Under the pieces are notes generated by a model that saw only the letters and a program-made list of their open reading frames with translations, did not search any database and had not been told where the DNA came from. From Gordonibacter sp. (GTDB lineage Bacteria; Actinomycetota; Coriobacteriia; Coriobacteriales; Eggerthellaceae): 64,000 bases of DNA. The stretch lies in assembly GCF_036659115.1 (NCBI RefSeq), contig NZ_JAVXDF010000001.1; one strand, given 5' to 3'. The position numbers and the translations under genes are program-made. Of the stretch, positions 29,104 to 39,076 are shown piece by piece (position 1 is the first letter of the stretch; every line of letters begins with the position of its first letter).

Positions 29104-32100
29104 TTGACCCGGGCATTTCGCAAAGACATCTGGCGCGCCATCGTGCGCGGCCGCAAGCGGTTCCTGTCGATCCTGGTGATCACGGCGCTGGGCGTGACGA
29201 TGCTTACGGGCCTGCAGGTGGCGTGCATCGATCTGCGCGCGTCGGCCGACCAGTTCTTCGACGATCAGAAGCTCTTCGACCTTAGCGTGCAATCGACCCT
29301 GGGGCTGACGCAGGACGACGTGGCATCGCTTGCTGCGCTCGATGGCGTGGACGAGGCCGTGGGTGCTTACGAGGAAACCGCGTACGTGCAGGTAGATGGC
29401 AAGCGGCGCAGCGTGGATGTGAAGGCACTCAACGCTGCGGGCATCAACGAGCCGTACGTGGTGCAGGGCTCGCTGCCTGAGCGTGCGGGCGAGGTCGTGG
29501 TGACCGAGGGTTACCTGAAGGACTCTGGAAAGAGCATTGGCGACACGGTGGAGTTCGAGGGCGGCGCGGCTTCGCCCGCCAAAGAGGGTTCGGCCGACGA
29601 TGCCGCAGCCGAGGGTAACGCGCCCGACGATGCCGACGCGCTCGTGTTCGAGCGGCGCGCTTACACCATCGTGGGCGTGGTGGTCGATCCGGCCAACATC
29701 GCCAATCCCGACGGCCCGGCGGCGTTCCGCTCGGCCACGGCTTCTGACTACACGTTTTTCGTAGATGAGGACGCGGCGCGCGCCGACGTGTTCACGGCGG
29801 CGTACCTGACGCTTGCCGGCGGGCGCGAGCTGGTGTGCTACTCCGATGCCTACGACAAGCTGGTGGCTTCGGTGCAAGGCGAGATCGAGGGCATCAAGGG
29901 CGCGCGTGAGCAGGCGCGCAGCAATGACGTGAAAGCCGAGGCCCAGGCCAAGCTGGACGATGCCGAGCGCGAGGCGCAGGCCGAGTTCGCCGATGCGGAA
30001 GCCAAGCTGGCCGATGCGCAAAAGACGCTCGACGAGAGTCGCCAGACGCTTGCCGACGGCCGCGCCCAGCTGGATGCCCAACGTGCGGCGGCAGCGTCGC
30101 AGCTTGCCGCCGCCCAGCAGCAGATAGATGACGGCTATGCCCAGCTGCAAGCGGGGGCGAGCCAACTGGACGAATCGGCTGCGCAGGTGGCGCAGGGCAT
30201 GAGCCAGCTTGAGGCCGGCAAGGCGCAGTTGAAGGCTACGCAGGAGCAAACCGACCTGCAATTCTCCCAACAGCGCGCAGCGCTGGTTGCGGCCGGTGCG
30301 CCGGCTGAGCAGATTGCGGCGCTCGATGCGCAAAGGGCTGCCGCCACTGCTGCGTTCGGGCAGCAGTGGGATGGCATAGCCGCACAAGAATCGCAGTTGC
30401 AGGCTGCGCAGCAACAGGTGGACGCGGGGCGCGCCCAGCTTGCGGACAAGCGCGCGCCGCTCGATGCGGGCGCGGCCCAGCTCCCGGCGCAGCGGCAGAG
30501 CGCCGAAGATCAGCTGGCCGCCGCCGAGCAGCAACTGACCGACGGCGAAGCACAGCTTGCCGCAGGCCAAGCCGAGCTGGATGCCCAGCGCCAGACCTAC
30601 CTTGACGAGCGCGCTAAGGCCGAAGCGAAGTTGTCCGACGCCCGTGCTGACGTGGCGGCTATCGAGAACGCCCTGTGGTACGTGCAGGATCGCACGTCGT
30701 TGGGCAGCTACGCCTCCATCGACAGCGACGCCTCGTCCGTCGAGGCGGTGGGCACGGCGTTTCCCATCGTGTTCTTCATCGTGGCCATACTCATCAGCCT
30801 GACCACTGTCACGCGCATGGTGGAGGAGGAGCGCGGGCTTATCGGCACGTACAAGGCGCTCGGGCTGCGCAACCGCGAGATACTGGCGAAGTACGTGGTC
30901 TACGCGCTCTCGGCCTGCCTGATAGGCGGCGTCATCGGCGACGTGCTGGGATTTGTCGGCCTGCCGGAGTTCGTGTTCTCCATCTTCACCACCATGTACG
31001 TGCTGCCGGACTACGTGCTGCAATTCGACCTGCTCTACGGGTTGGGGGGCATCGCGTTGTTTACGTTCGGCATCGTGGGCTCGACTGTGTTCGCCTGCCG
31101 CTCCGAGCTGAAGCAGACACCTGCGGCGCTCATGCGCCCGAAAGCGCCGCGCAGGGGCTCGCGCATCTTCCTTGAGCGCATCGGCCCGGTTTGGAAGAAG
31201 CTGTCGTTTTTGGGTAAGGTGACGGCGCGCAACCTGTTCCGCTACAAGAAGCGCCTGTTCATGACCGTATCGGGCATCATGGGCTGCACGGCATTGCTGG
31301 TGTGCGGGTTCGCCATCAACGATTCCGTGAGTTATCTGGGACCTCAGCAGTACAGCCATGTTTACTCCTACGATCTGATGGCGGTGACGGCCCCCGGCGA
31401 CTTCGAGGAAGTTGCCGATGATTTGCGCTCCGATGGCGACGTGGAAGATTTCGAAGCGGTGCGCATCGATTCGGTATCGGTGAAGTACGACGGGGCCGAA
31501 GAGAGCATGCAGCTGGTGGTGGTGCCGCGAGGCGAAACGCTTGACGGCTATATCGCGCTTGAGGACGCAGCTGGTGCGCCCGTGGAGTTGGGGGACGACG
31601 AGATACTGATCACGCGCAACGCCGCGCAGGTGCTGGGCTTTGCGGAGGGCGACGAGGTTACGCTCAAGGACACCTCGCTGGCCGAGCATGCGGCCCCTAT
31701 TGACCGTATTGTGGAGAACTACCTGGGCAACGTCGTGTATATGGGCCAGGGTGCCTACGAGCGCCTGTTCGGCACCTATGAGCCCAACGGCCTGTTCGCG
31801 CACCTTTCAGCCGATGATCAGGTGGCGTTTGCCGATGACTTGGCGCGTCGCGACGGTGTGCTGTCTACCGCGAGTACCCAAGAGCTGCGGGACAACTTCG
31901 CCTCGTCGTTCTCGCTGGTGAGCTCGGTGGTGTACCTTATCACCGCCATGGCTGCGGCGCTGGCGTTCGTGGTGCTGTTCACGCTGTCCACCACGAACAT
32001 CTCCGAGCGCGAGCGGGAGTTGGCCACCATCAAGGTGCTGGGCTTCCGCAAAGGCGAGGTGCATCACTACGTGAACCGCGAGACGCTCATCCTCACGGGC

Positions 32101-32319
32101 TTCGGCATTGCGCTGGGGCTGCCGCTCGGGCATATGCTGGGCAACCTGCTGACGGTGGCGCTGAACATGCCGTCCATCTACTTCGCCGTGCATATCGAGT
32201 GGACGAGCTATCTGTTGGCCGCGGCCTTGGCATTCGTGTTCGCGCTGGTCGTGAATCTTATCACAAACCGTAGCCTCGACCACATCAATATGGTGGAGGC
32301 GCTGAAGAGCGTGGAATAG
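29104..32319 (+). CDS. FtsX/MacB-like ABC permease with long coiled coil
   Basis: Two FtsX repeats (MVEEERGLIGTYKALG and ISERERELATIKVLG) and a Q/A-rich heptad region; TTG start. Confidence 0.93.
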   Translation: MTRAFRKDIWRAIVRGRKRFLSILVITALGVTMLTGLQVACIDLRASADQFFDDQKLFDLSVQSTLGLTQDDVASLAALDGVDEAVGAYEETAYVQVDGKRRSVDVKALNAAGINEPYVVQGSLPERAGEVVVTEGYLKDSGKSIGDTVEFEGGAASPAKEGSADDAAAEGNAPDDADALVFERRAYTIVGVVVDPANIANPDGPAAFRSATASDYTFFVDEDAARADVFTAAYLTLAGGRELVCYSDAYDKLVASVQGEIEGIKGAREQARSNDVKAEAQAKLDDAEREAQAEFADAEAKLADAQKTLDESRQTLADGRAQLDAQRAAAASQLAAAQQQIDDGYAQLQAGASQLDESAAQVAQGMSQLEAGKAQLKATQEQTDLQFSQQRAALVAAGAPAEQIAALDAQRAAATAAFGQQWDGIAAQESQLQAAQQQVDAGRAQLADKRAPLDAGAAQLPAQRQSAEDQLAAAEQQLTDGEAQLAAGQAELDAQRQTYLDERAKAEAKLSDARADVAAIENALWYVQDRTSLGSYASIDSDASSVEAVGTAFPIVFFIVAILISLTTVTRMVEEERGLIGTYKALGLRNREILAKYVVYALSACLIGGVIGDVLGFVGLPEFVFSIFTTMYVLPDYVLQFDLLYGLGGIALFTFGIVGSTVFACRSELKQTPAALMRPKAPRRGSRIFLERIGPVWKKLSFLGKVTARNLFRYKKRLFMTVSGIMGCTALLVCGFAINDSVSYLGPQQYSHVYSYDLMAVTAPGDFEEVADDLRSDGDVEDFEAVRIDSVSVKYDGAEESMQLVVVPRGETLDGYIALEDAAGAPVELGDDEILITRNAAQVLGFAEGDEVTLKDTSLAEHAAPIDRIVENYLGNVVYMGQGAYERLFGTYEPNGLFAHLSADDQVAFADDLARRDGVLSTASTQELRDNFASSFSLVSSVVYLITAMAAALAFVVLFTLSTTNISERERELATIKVLGFRKGEVHHYVNRETLILTGFGIALGLPLGHMLGNLLTVALNMPSIYFAVHIEWTSYLLAAALAFVFALVVNLITNRSLDHINMVEALKSVE

Positions 32320-32475
32320 GGCGGCGGAAAAAGGCGTTGCTTTGTGCTGACATCATATATGCGTACGCATAAAGCAAGTTTCATTTGGGTGAAACATATG
32401 CGTACGCGGTTATTTTTGTTAGAGGGCAGTCCGTCAATGAATCTTGCCCAATTGCCACGATTGCTGGCTGACGCT

Positions 32476-33618
32476 CTATGCGAACAGGGCTGCTGCCTGC
32501 TCCATGCGGCTGGCTATAGGCACGCCGAAGGGGCAGCGCGGCTCGCAGTCCTCGCAGCCGATGCAGTCGGCGGCCGTGGCGTCGAGCGCCTTGTAGTGGG
32601 CGCGCACGGAGGCGGGCACTTCGTCTTGCATGAGCGCCAGGTCGTAGAACTTGTTCACCAGGGCAATGTCGATGTTGGCGGCGCAGGGCGCACAATGTCC
32701 GCAGTAGGTGCATTGCCCGAAGTAAGCGTGCTTGGGTGCGGTGGCTAGTACGCTTGCGTAGTCCTTTTCTTCTTCCGAGGCGCTCTCATAGCGCACGGCA
32801 TCTGTTACGTGCTCGACGGTGTCGAAGCCGGCGAGGATGCTGGCTGTGGCGGGGCGGGTGAGCGCGTAGTGGATGCACTGTACGGGGGAGAGCGCCACGC
32901 CAAAGGGTGATGCTTCAGCGCTGAACAGGCGCCCGCCCGCATAGCCTTTCATCACCGTAATGCCAATGCCGTCGCGCTCGCAAAGAGCATAGAGTTCCGC
33001 GCGGGCAGGTTCCATGCCCTCAAGAGTGTCGTCGTATTGGAAGCTAAATGCGTCATCGAGGCTGGTGGATGCTGGCAACAGGTCGAAGGCAGGATTGATG
33101 CTGAACAGAATGACTTCGATCTCACCCGAAAGTGCAGCGAGTTTTGCCACCTCGGGGTTGTGTGTGGAAAGCCCGATGTGCTGCACGGTGTTGGCTGCTT
33201 TAAGTTTGCGCACGTAGGCGATGAATTCGCCTGACATAATGCTTTCGAATTCCTCCACGTCGTCCACGTAGTGGATCATGCCCAATTCCACATGGTCGGT
33301 GCCAAGGCGTGCGAGGAGGTCCTCGAATGCGGGGACGACCTTGTCCAGGTTACGCGTGCGCACGTACTGTCCGTCCTGCCAGGTCGAGCCGATGTGCCCT
33401 TGGATAATCCAGCTATCGCGGGTGCCCTTGAGGGCCGCGCCCAAGTTGCTGCGCACATCGGGGTCCGCCATCCAGCAGTCCAAAAGGTTGATACCGGCTT
33501 CGGCGCACGTGCCCGTTACTGCCTTTACCTCGGCGGCCGACTTCTTCTCCATCCACTCGGCCCCAAAGCCGATCTCGCTTACCTCAAGGCCAGTTCGGCC
33601 TAGCTTCCGGTATTTCAT
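32476..33618 (-). CDS. Aldo/keto reductase with C-terminal 4Fe-4S dicluster
   Basis: MKYRKLGRTGLEVSEIGFG, IGLSTH, CTYCGHCAPC and CIGCEDCEPRCP. Confidence 0.93.
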   Translation of the reverse strand: MKYRKLGRTGLEVSEIGFGAEWMEKKSAAEVKAVTGTCAEAGINLLDCWMADPDVRSNLGAALKGTRDSWIIQGHIGSTWQDGQYVRTRNLDKVVPAFEDLLARLGTDHVELGMIHYVDDVEEFESIMSGEFIAYVRKLKAANTVQHIGLSTHNPEVAKLAALSGEIEVILFSINPAFDLLPASTSLDDAFSFQYDDTLEGMEPARAELYALCERDGIGITVMKGYAGGRLFSAEASPFGVALSPVQCIHYALTRPATASILAGFDTVEHVTDAVRYESASEEEKDYASVLATAPKHAYFGQCTYCGHCAPCAANIDIALVNKFYDLALMQDEVPASVRAHYKALDATAADCIGCEDCEPRCPFGVPIASRMEQAAALFA

Positions 33619-33653
33619 GGGTACCCGCTTTCTTAACTGGTTCAGTTTCCATC

Positions 33654-33685
33654 ATTGAACCACATAGAGCGCACTCCAAGTCAAG
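33654..33685 (-). promoter_or_regulatory. MerR-type (AdhR/NmlR-like) promoter-operator of the aldo/keto reductase
   Basis: Minus strand TTGACT-N19-TTCAAT with the dyad TGGAGTGCGCTCTA in the spacer. Confidence 0.65.
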
Positions 33686-33762
33686 AAAAATAGAGCCTAA
33701 CGAGAGATAAAGATAGCTTGCGAGCAAGCCAGACCTCCCTATCATTCCCTAGGTGAAAGGCA

Positions 33763-33791
33763 TTCACAAACAGGATGGTTTCGCCTATACT
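33763..33791 (+). promoter_or_regulatory. Sigma70-like promoter antisense to the small toxin-like ORF
   Basis: TTCACA-N17-TATACT with no plausible plus-strand gene downstream. Confidence 0.6.
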
Positions 33792-33797
33792 ACAGGC

Positions 33798-33906
33798 GAG
33801 TCGTAGAGAGCGTTTACTCTCTACGACTCTCGAACTTGCTTCGGCGGTTCGGGCTATTTGTGCAGCTCCGGTTCGTCCTCAGGGGACGACCGGGGCGTAT
33901 CTTTGA
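33798..33906 (+). ncRNA. Candidate antisense (antitoxin) RNA
   Basis: Begins about 7 nt after TATACT; three hairpins (13-bp perfect stem, cUUCGg loop, GC-rich stem followed by TATCTTT); complementary to the 3' part of ORF 33814-34017. Confidence 0.5.
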
Positions 33907-34017
33907 TGCGAGTTTCAAAACCAACTCGATCACCCCGAGCACGAAGGTGCCAAAACTAAGCACCAGCCCGAGAACCTGCAAGATCACCCCAGTAAAAGCA
34001 ACAACAAAATCATCCAT
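33814..34017 (-). CDS. Small hydrophobic peptide, putative holin-like type I toxin
   Basis: MDDFVVAFTGVILQVLGLVLSFGTFVLGVIELVLKLASKIRPGR...; one long hydrophobic segment plus a basic tail; RBS AAGGGGGTGG. Confidence 0.55.
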   Translation of the reverse strand: MDDFVVAFTGVILQVLGLVLSFGTFVLGVIELVLKLASKIRPGRPLRTNRSCTNSPNRRSKFESRRE

Positions 34018-34298
34018 AGAGGACCACCCCCTTCCCTGTCTAGAATAGGAAATGGATGTTAAGAGGGTGGGAGCCTCCCCGCCTGGACAAGTTTGTGGGT
34101 AGCATCCTATCAGGACTGATGACGTCAAAGCTATCCCGGTGGAACCACGATTTTCTCAGCAAAAGCCAAGCAGGTTGGTAGTAAAAATCCAGCAAAACTC
34201 AGTCAGGAGTCAAGCAAGGCGGGGTTACCTCGTTCGGAATCTCACTGCAAAAGCATACGGCAATATCACCCCGATTATGGTGCCGCAATCGGGTCGCG

Positions 34299-34955
34299 TT
34301 ACGCTTTTCCGCAGCTGGGGCAGAGGTCGCAGAGGAAGCATTCGCCGCATTTGGGGCGCCGCGCTATGCAAGTTGCGCGGCCGAACAGCACCCATTGGTG
34401 GTTGATGGGGCCCCAGCACTCGCGCGGATAGAGTTTCAGCAAGTCCTCCTCCACCTTTCCCGCTGTTTCCTCCTTGGTGAACTTGAGCTTGTGGGCTATG
34501 CGGAATACGTGGGTGTCTACGGCGATGCCCTCCACGATGCCGAAGCCTTCGTTCATGACGATGTTCGCCGTCTTGCGGCCGACGCCGGGAAGGCGCTGCA
34601 ACTCCTCCATGGTCCGCGGCACCTCGCCGCCGAACTCCGAGAGCACCATTTGAGCGCATTTGATGACGTTGGCGGCCTTTGTGTGGTAGAAGCCGATAGT
34701 GCGGATGATGTCCTCGACGTCGCCGATGTTCGCGGCTGCGAGATCGGGAATGGTGGGGTAGCGCTCCCACAGCGCCGGAGTCACGCGGTTCACGCCCTTG
34801 TCGGTGGTCTGGGCGGAGAGCAGTACGGCTATGGTCAGGCGGAACGGGTCGTTCCAGTAGTGCAAGGCGCATTCAGCGGCAGGATAGTGCACGTTCATGC
34901 GGTCTTCGACGGCCAGGGCGCGTTCGCGCTTTGCTTTCATAGATTCGCGTGGCAT
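34299..34955 (-). CDS. nth: Endonuclease III
   Basis: LLSAQTTD, LPGVGRKTAN, AVDTHV and the FCL motif C-X6-C-X2-C-X5-C; RBS AAGGAGG. Confidence 0.95.
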   Translation of the reverse strand: MPRESMKAKRERALAVEDRMNVHYPAAECALHYWNDPFRLTIAVLLSAQTTDKGVNRVTPALWERYPTIPDLAAANIGDVEDIIRTIGFYHTKAANVIKCAQMVLSEFGGEVPRTMEELQRLPGVGRKTANIVMNEGFGIVEGIAVDTHVFRIAHKLKFTKEETAGKVEEDLLKLYPRECWGPINHQWVLFGRATCIARRPKCGECFLCDLCPSCGKA

Positions 34956-35319
34956 ATGACCTCCTTCGCGACAGGGTAAGTTGCATTGGCATTCAGTATA
35001 GCGAACGAACGACGCGTCGTCTGGTGTGCTTGGTTGAATGCTGGAGCAAGGCAAACTGACCCATTTGTTGGAAGTGAGCAAAGGGTCGTGGATGGAAGAC
35101 CAGTATCGAGAACTTACGACGGGGTGATCACGTAGCGGGCGCTGGTGCTCGAGGACGGATTCATCTTGCTTCCGGGGCGCCCTGAGGCACTCGGCGCGAA
35201 CGGTGTAGTACACTGTCTAGGCTACTCCGCTTTGCCGACAAGAGGGAGTGGGCGCACTTGATGGAGAGCCGCAAACGCGGCTTTTTCGCGTTGCTTTCAT
35301 ACGGACAAGGACCAGGTTC

Positions 35320-38300
35320 ATGCTCATAGATTCATTGACGTTCACGCTGGAGAAATCGGATGCCCTCGACGGGTTTTGGGGTAAGCTCGACGCAGGTGAG
35401 GACTCCACGTTGGGTGTGGCGTCATCGGCGCGACCGTTTTTGGTGGCGGCCCGCTTCGCGCACAAGTTGCAGCCCACGCTCGTGGTGGTTGCGGGCGAAG
35501 ACGCTGCCGTGGCGTTCGCGCGCTCGGCGGCGGCCTATTTGGGTGACGAGCGCGTCATGCGCTTTCCCGAGCGGGCCGACCATCCCTTTGCGCCCAAGCC
35601 CGCCGACCCCGTCCAGGTGGCGCGCCGCATGGAGGCCGTGCATGCGCTGGCATCCGGGCGCGCGGCCGTGGTGGTGGCCAGCGCCCGGGCGTTGTTGCGT
35701 ACACTGGCGCCCGTGGGGTCGAATGTGTTTCTGCCACTGGTGCTGGAGGCGGGTCGCGAGCTTGCTGCTATGACGGGTGCCACGGAGACGGGCGTGGCAG
35801 CGTTTGAGGACGTGGCCCGCGCGCTCGAGGAGCGCGGCTTTGCCAACACCGGCGAGTTGGACGGCCCCGGCACGTTCGCCGTGCGCGGCGGCACCATCGA
35901 CGTGTACCCGGGCAACCTGGTGTATCCGGTGCGCCTGGACTTCTTTGGCGACGAGCTGGACGAGATACGCCGCATCGTGCCTTCCACCGGTCAGACCATC
36001 CAGGCGCTGCCGCGGGTGGACGTGTACCCGGTGATCGAGTTTGCCGCCACGAAAAGCGCGCTTGCCCGCGCTCGCGAGAAGCTGGCGCGTCCCGCGAGTA
36101 CAAACCCCGCCCTGCGCGACGTGCTGGAGAAGCTGGAGGGCGGCCTGCGCTTCGACGGTGCCGACGTGTTGCTGCCCTACCTGTACAACAAGACGGCCAC
36201 GCTCGGCGACTATCTGCGCCCTGATGCGCTGACGGCGCTTGTGGAGCCGCGCTCGCTCTTCGACGATGCGACGCATGCCATGGACGACGTTCGCGGTCGC
36301 GCCAAGGGCACGCAGGTGGCGCTTGAAGGCCTCTACGCCGACCCGGCTAAGTTGAATTTCGGCGACAACCAGCGCGCCACCTATGTGTCTATCATGCGCG
36401 TGGGCGGGCACATTGACGACGAGCTGCCGGTGAAGCGCGTGGAGGTGGCGGGGCATCCTGACAAGCTCTACGGCCGTTTGCGCTCGCTCGTGGATACCGA
36501 CTACACGGTGGTGTTCAGCGCGCCGAACTACCGCGCGCGCCAAGACATGAAGTTGGCGTTCGTGGACCAGGGGCTGCCCATCCAGGAGCGGCTGGACGTG
36601 GCTGACGGCGAAGACGGCGCGTCGCCGGGCGCGGCATCTTTGGCCGGCTCTGGGGCTACGGCGTCAAAGCGCAACCTGGGCACGTCGGAGGCTGCGGCGA
36701 AGCGGCAGCTGCGACGGGGCGTGGTGAACGTGGTGGACGTGGACATTCCGCTGGGCATGATCATCCCGAAGGCGAAGCTGGCGCTGGTGAGCGTGTCTGA
36801 CACTCAAGGTGCCTCCACGGCGCGTCCGAGCCGCCACATCGACATCACCGAGATCACGTTTCCCTACAAGCCGGGCGACTACGTGGTGCACGCATCGCAC
36901 GGCGTGGCGCACTTCAAGGAGCTGGTGCGCCGCGACGTGGATGGCACGGCGCGCGACTACCTGCTGCTGGAATACTCCGAAGGCGACAAGCTTTACGTGC
37001 CGGTGGAGCAGCTCGACCGCGTGACCCGCTACGTGGGGCCGGAGGGTGCCTCTCCACGTCTCACGCGCCTGAACACGGCCGACTGGTCGCGTGCTATGAG
37101 CAAGGCCCGTGCCGCCACTAAAAAACTCGCCTTCGACTTGGTGGACGTGTACACGCGTCGCGCGACGGTGCAGGGCTACCGCTTCGGGCCGGACACGGTC
37201 ATGCAGCGCGAGATGGAAGAGGCGTTTCCTTACCAGGAGACGCCCGACCAGCTGTCTGCCATCGCCGACGTGAAGGCCGACATGCAGTCGGCCAAGCCCA
37301 TGGATCGCCTGGTATGCGGCGATGTGGGCTTCGGCAAGACCGAGGTGGCCCTGCGTGCGGCGTTCAAGGCCACGCAGGATTCCAAGCAGGTCATGGTGCT
37401 GTGTCCGACCACCATCCTGGCGCAGCAGCACTTCACGAACTTCAAGGAGCGCTGCGAGCCCTTTGCGGTGCGTGTGGAGGTGCTCTCGCGCTTCCGCACG
37501 CCGGCGCAGCAAGCTGCGGCCCTCAAGGGGTTCCAGGAGGGCGACGTGGACATCCTCGTGGGCACGCACCGCCTGCTATCGCGTGACGTGAACCCGCACG
37601 ATCTGGGGCTCGTGATCATCGACGAGGAGCAGCGCTTCGGCGTGGGCCACAAGGAGCAGCTGAAGAACCTGCGCGAGTCCATCGACGTGTTGACGCTGTC
37701 GGCTACGCCCATCCCGCGCACCATGCAGATGTCGCTGTCGGGCGTGCGCGACATGAGCCTGATACTCACCGCGCCCGACGAGCGGCGTCCGGTGGAAGTG
37801 CACGTAGGCGAGTGGGACCCCGACTTGGTGAGCGCAGCTATCCGCCGCGAGCTGGCGCGCGGCGGGCAGGTGTACTACGTGTCGAACCGCGTGCGCACCA
37901 TGGAGGAGGCCGTGCGCCGCGTGATGGCCGCCGCCGGCGAGGCGCGCGTGGGCGTGGCGCACGGGCAGATGTCGAAGGACGAACTTGAGCGCGTCATGGA
38001 GGACTTCGTGGCAGGCGAGCTGGATGTGCTGGTGGCCACCACCATCATCGAGAGCGGCATCGACAACCCGCATACCAACACGCTCATCATTGAGGACTCG
38101 CAGCGCTACGGACTGTCCCAGATGTACCAGCTGAAGGGCCGCGTGGGTCGCTCGTCCACGCAGGCCTTCGCTTACTTCATGTTCCCTGAGCACGTGAGCC
38201 TGACCGAGGAGGCGCAGGCGCGCCTGACCGCGCTCGACGAGCATACCGACTTGGGCAGCGGCATGCGCATCGCCATGCGCGACTTGGAGATACGCGGCGC

Positions 38301-38871
38301 AGGTAGCCTTATGGGCGCCGAGCAGTCCGGCAACATGTCGGCCGTGGGCTTCGACCTGTTTGCGCAGATGCTCTCCCAGGCCGTAAACTCCACGCGCGAG
38401 GGCGACCTCAAGGCCATGGACGCGCTGCCGCCCGCGCTCTCCGACATCACGGTGAACGTGCCGGGGCACACCTACCTGCCCGAGGACTACGTGCCGGACG
38501 CCGACGAGCGCGTGCTGTGGTACCGCAAGATCGCCAGTGCCGCCACCGAGCAGGCGGTGGAAGAGGTGGCTGCCGACCTTGTGGACAAGCGCCCCGACAT
38601 GCCGCAGGCTGCGAAGAACCTGCTGGAGCGCGCCCGCATCAAGGCGTTCGCCAACGAGCACCATATCAAGACCGTGTCCATCACGGCGGGCCGCTTGGTG
38701 GTGGAGCCTATCGACGTGCCCCGCGACAAGATGACGGGCCTGCGCCGCGCGGGCGGCCGCTACTTGGCCGACAAGCGCAAGCTACAACTGCCCCTGCGCT
38801 ACTTCAAGCTGGACGAAGGCGACAACCTGCTGGGCCCGGTATTCGCGTTTCTAAAGGAGTTGGCAGGGTAG
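35320..38871 (+). CDS. mfd: Transcription-repair coupling factor
   Basis: RID domain (GDYVVHASHG), CGDVGFGKTEVA, DEEQRFGV, SATPIPRT, QLKGRVGRS, C-terminal TRCF domain. Confidence 0.97.
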   Translation: MLIDSLTFTLEKSDALDGFWGKLDAGEDSTLGVASSARPFLVAARFAHKLQPTLVVVAGEDAAVAFARSAAAYLGDERVMRFPERADHPFAPKPADPVQVARRMEAVHALASGRAAVVVASARALLRTLAPVGSNVFLPLVLEAGRELAAMTGATETGVAAFEDVARALEERGFANTGELDGPGTFAVRGGTIDVYPGNLVYPVRLDFFGDELDEIRRIVPSTGQTIQALPRVDVYPVIEFAATKSALARAREKLARPASTNPALRDVLEKLEGGLRFDGADVLLPYLYNKTATLGDYLRPDALTALVEPRSLFDDATHAMDDVRGRAKGTQVALEGLYADPAKLNFGDNQRATYVSIMRVGGHIDDELPVKRVEVAGHPDKLYGRLRSLVDTDYTVVFSAPNYRARQDMKLAFVDQGLPIQERLDVADGEDGASPGAASLAGSGATASKRNLGTSEAAAKRQLRRGVVNVVDVDIPLGMIIPKAKLALVSVSDTQGASTARPSRHIDITEITFPYKPGDYVVHASHGVAHFKELVRRDVDGTARDYLLLEYSEGDKLYVPVEQLDRVTRYVGPEGASPRLTRLNTADWSRAMSKARAATKKLAFDLVDVYTRRATVQGYRFGPDTVMQREMEEAFPYQETPDQLSAIADVKADMQSAKPMDRLVCGDVGFGKTEVALRAAFKATQDSKQVMVLCPTTILAQQHFTNFKERCEPFAVRVEVLSRFRTPAQQAAALKGFQEGDVDILVGTHRLLSRDVNPHDLGLVIIDEEQRFGVGHKEQLKNLRESIDVLTLSATPIPRTMQMSLSGVRDMSLILTAPDERRPVEVHVGEWDPDLVSAAIRRELARGGQVYYVSNRVRTMEEAVRRVMAAAGEARVGVAHGQMSKDELERVMEDFVAGELDVLVATTIIESGIDNPHTNTLIIEDSQRYGLSQMYQLKGRVGRSSTQAFAYFMFPEHVSLTEEAQARLTALDEHTDLGSGMRIAMRDLEIRGAGSLMGAEQSGNMSAVGFDLFAQMLSQAVNSTREGDLKAMDALPPALSDITVNVPGHTYLPEDYVPDADERVLWYRKIASAATEQAVEEVAADLVDKRPDMPQAAKNLLERARIKAFANEHHIKTVSITAGRLVVEPIDVPRDKMTGLRRAGGRYLADKRKLQLPLRYFKLDEGDNLLGPVFAFLKELAG

Positions 38872-38887
38872 ATTCGCTTCCTGCCAA

Positions 38888-39004
38888 GAGCAGTGCCCGG
38901 GGAAACCCAGTCGCTCGGCAGTACTCGCCGCTTTGCGGCTGCGGCGCCGCGAAGCAAGTCCCCGAAGGGGAAAGTCGCTTGGTGGGTATCCCTGGGCACT
39001 GTTC
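38888..39004. repeat. Long inverted-repeat (REP/MITE-like) element
   Basis: 22-nt arms GAGCAGTGCCCGGGGAAACCCA / TGGGTATCCCTGGGCACTGTTC enclosing two internal hairpins. Confidence 0.6.
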
Positions 39005-39076
39005 CCTGAGGGAGCGATGCGGTGGGCGGGATGAAGGGTATGGTTGTAGGATTGATAGTGGTAAGGGAGGTTTGTT

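Noticed and set aside
29940-30660. Q/A-rich quasi-repeats in the FtsX-like permease
   Set aside because: Ordinary coiled-coil region typical of this permease family.
29029-31803. 924-aa minus-strand ORF (and similar shadows at 5141-6826, 54117-55847 and 55996-57303)
   Set aside because: Antisense shadows of well-supported genes, expected from high GC3 codon bias; no motifs.
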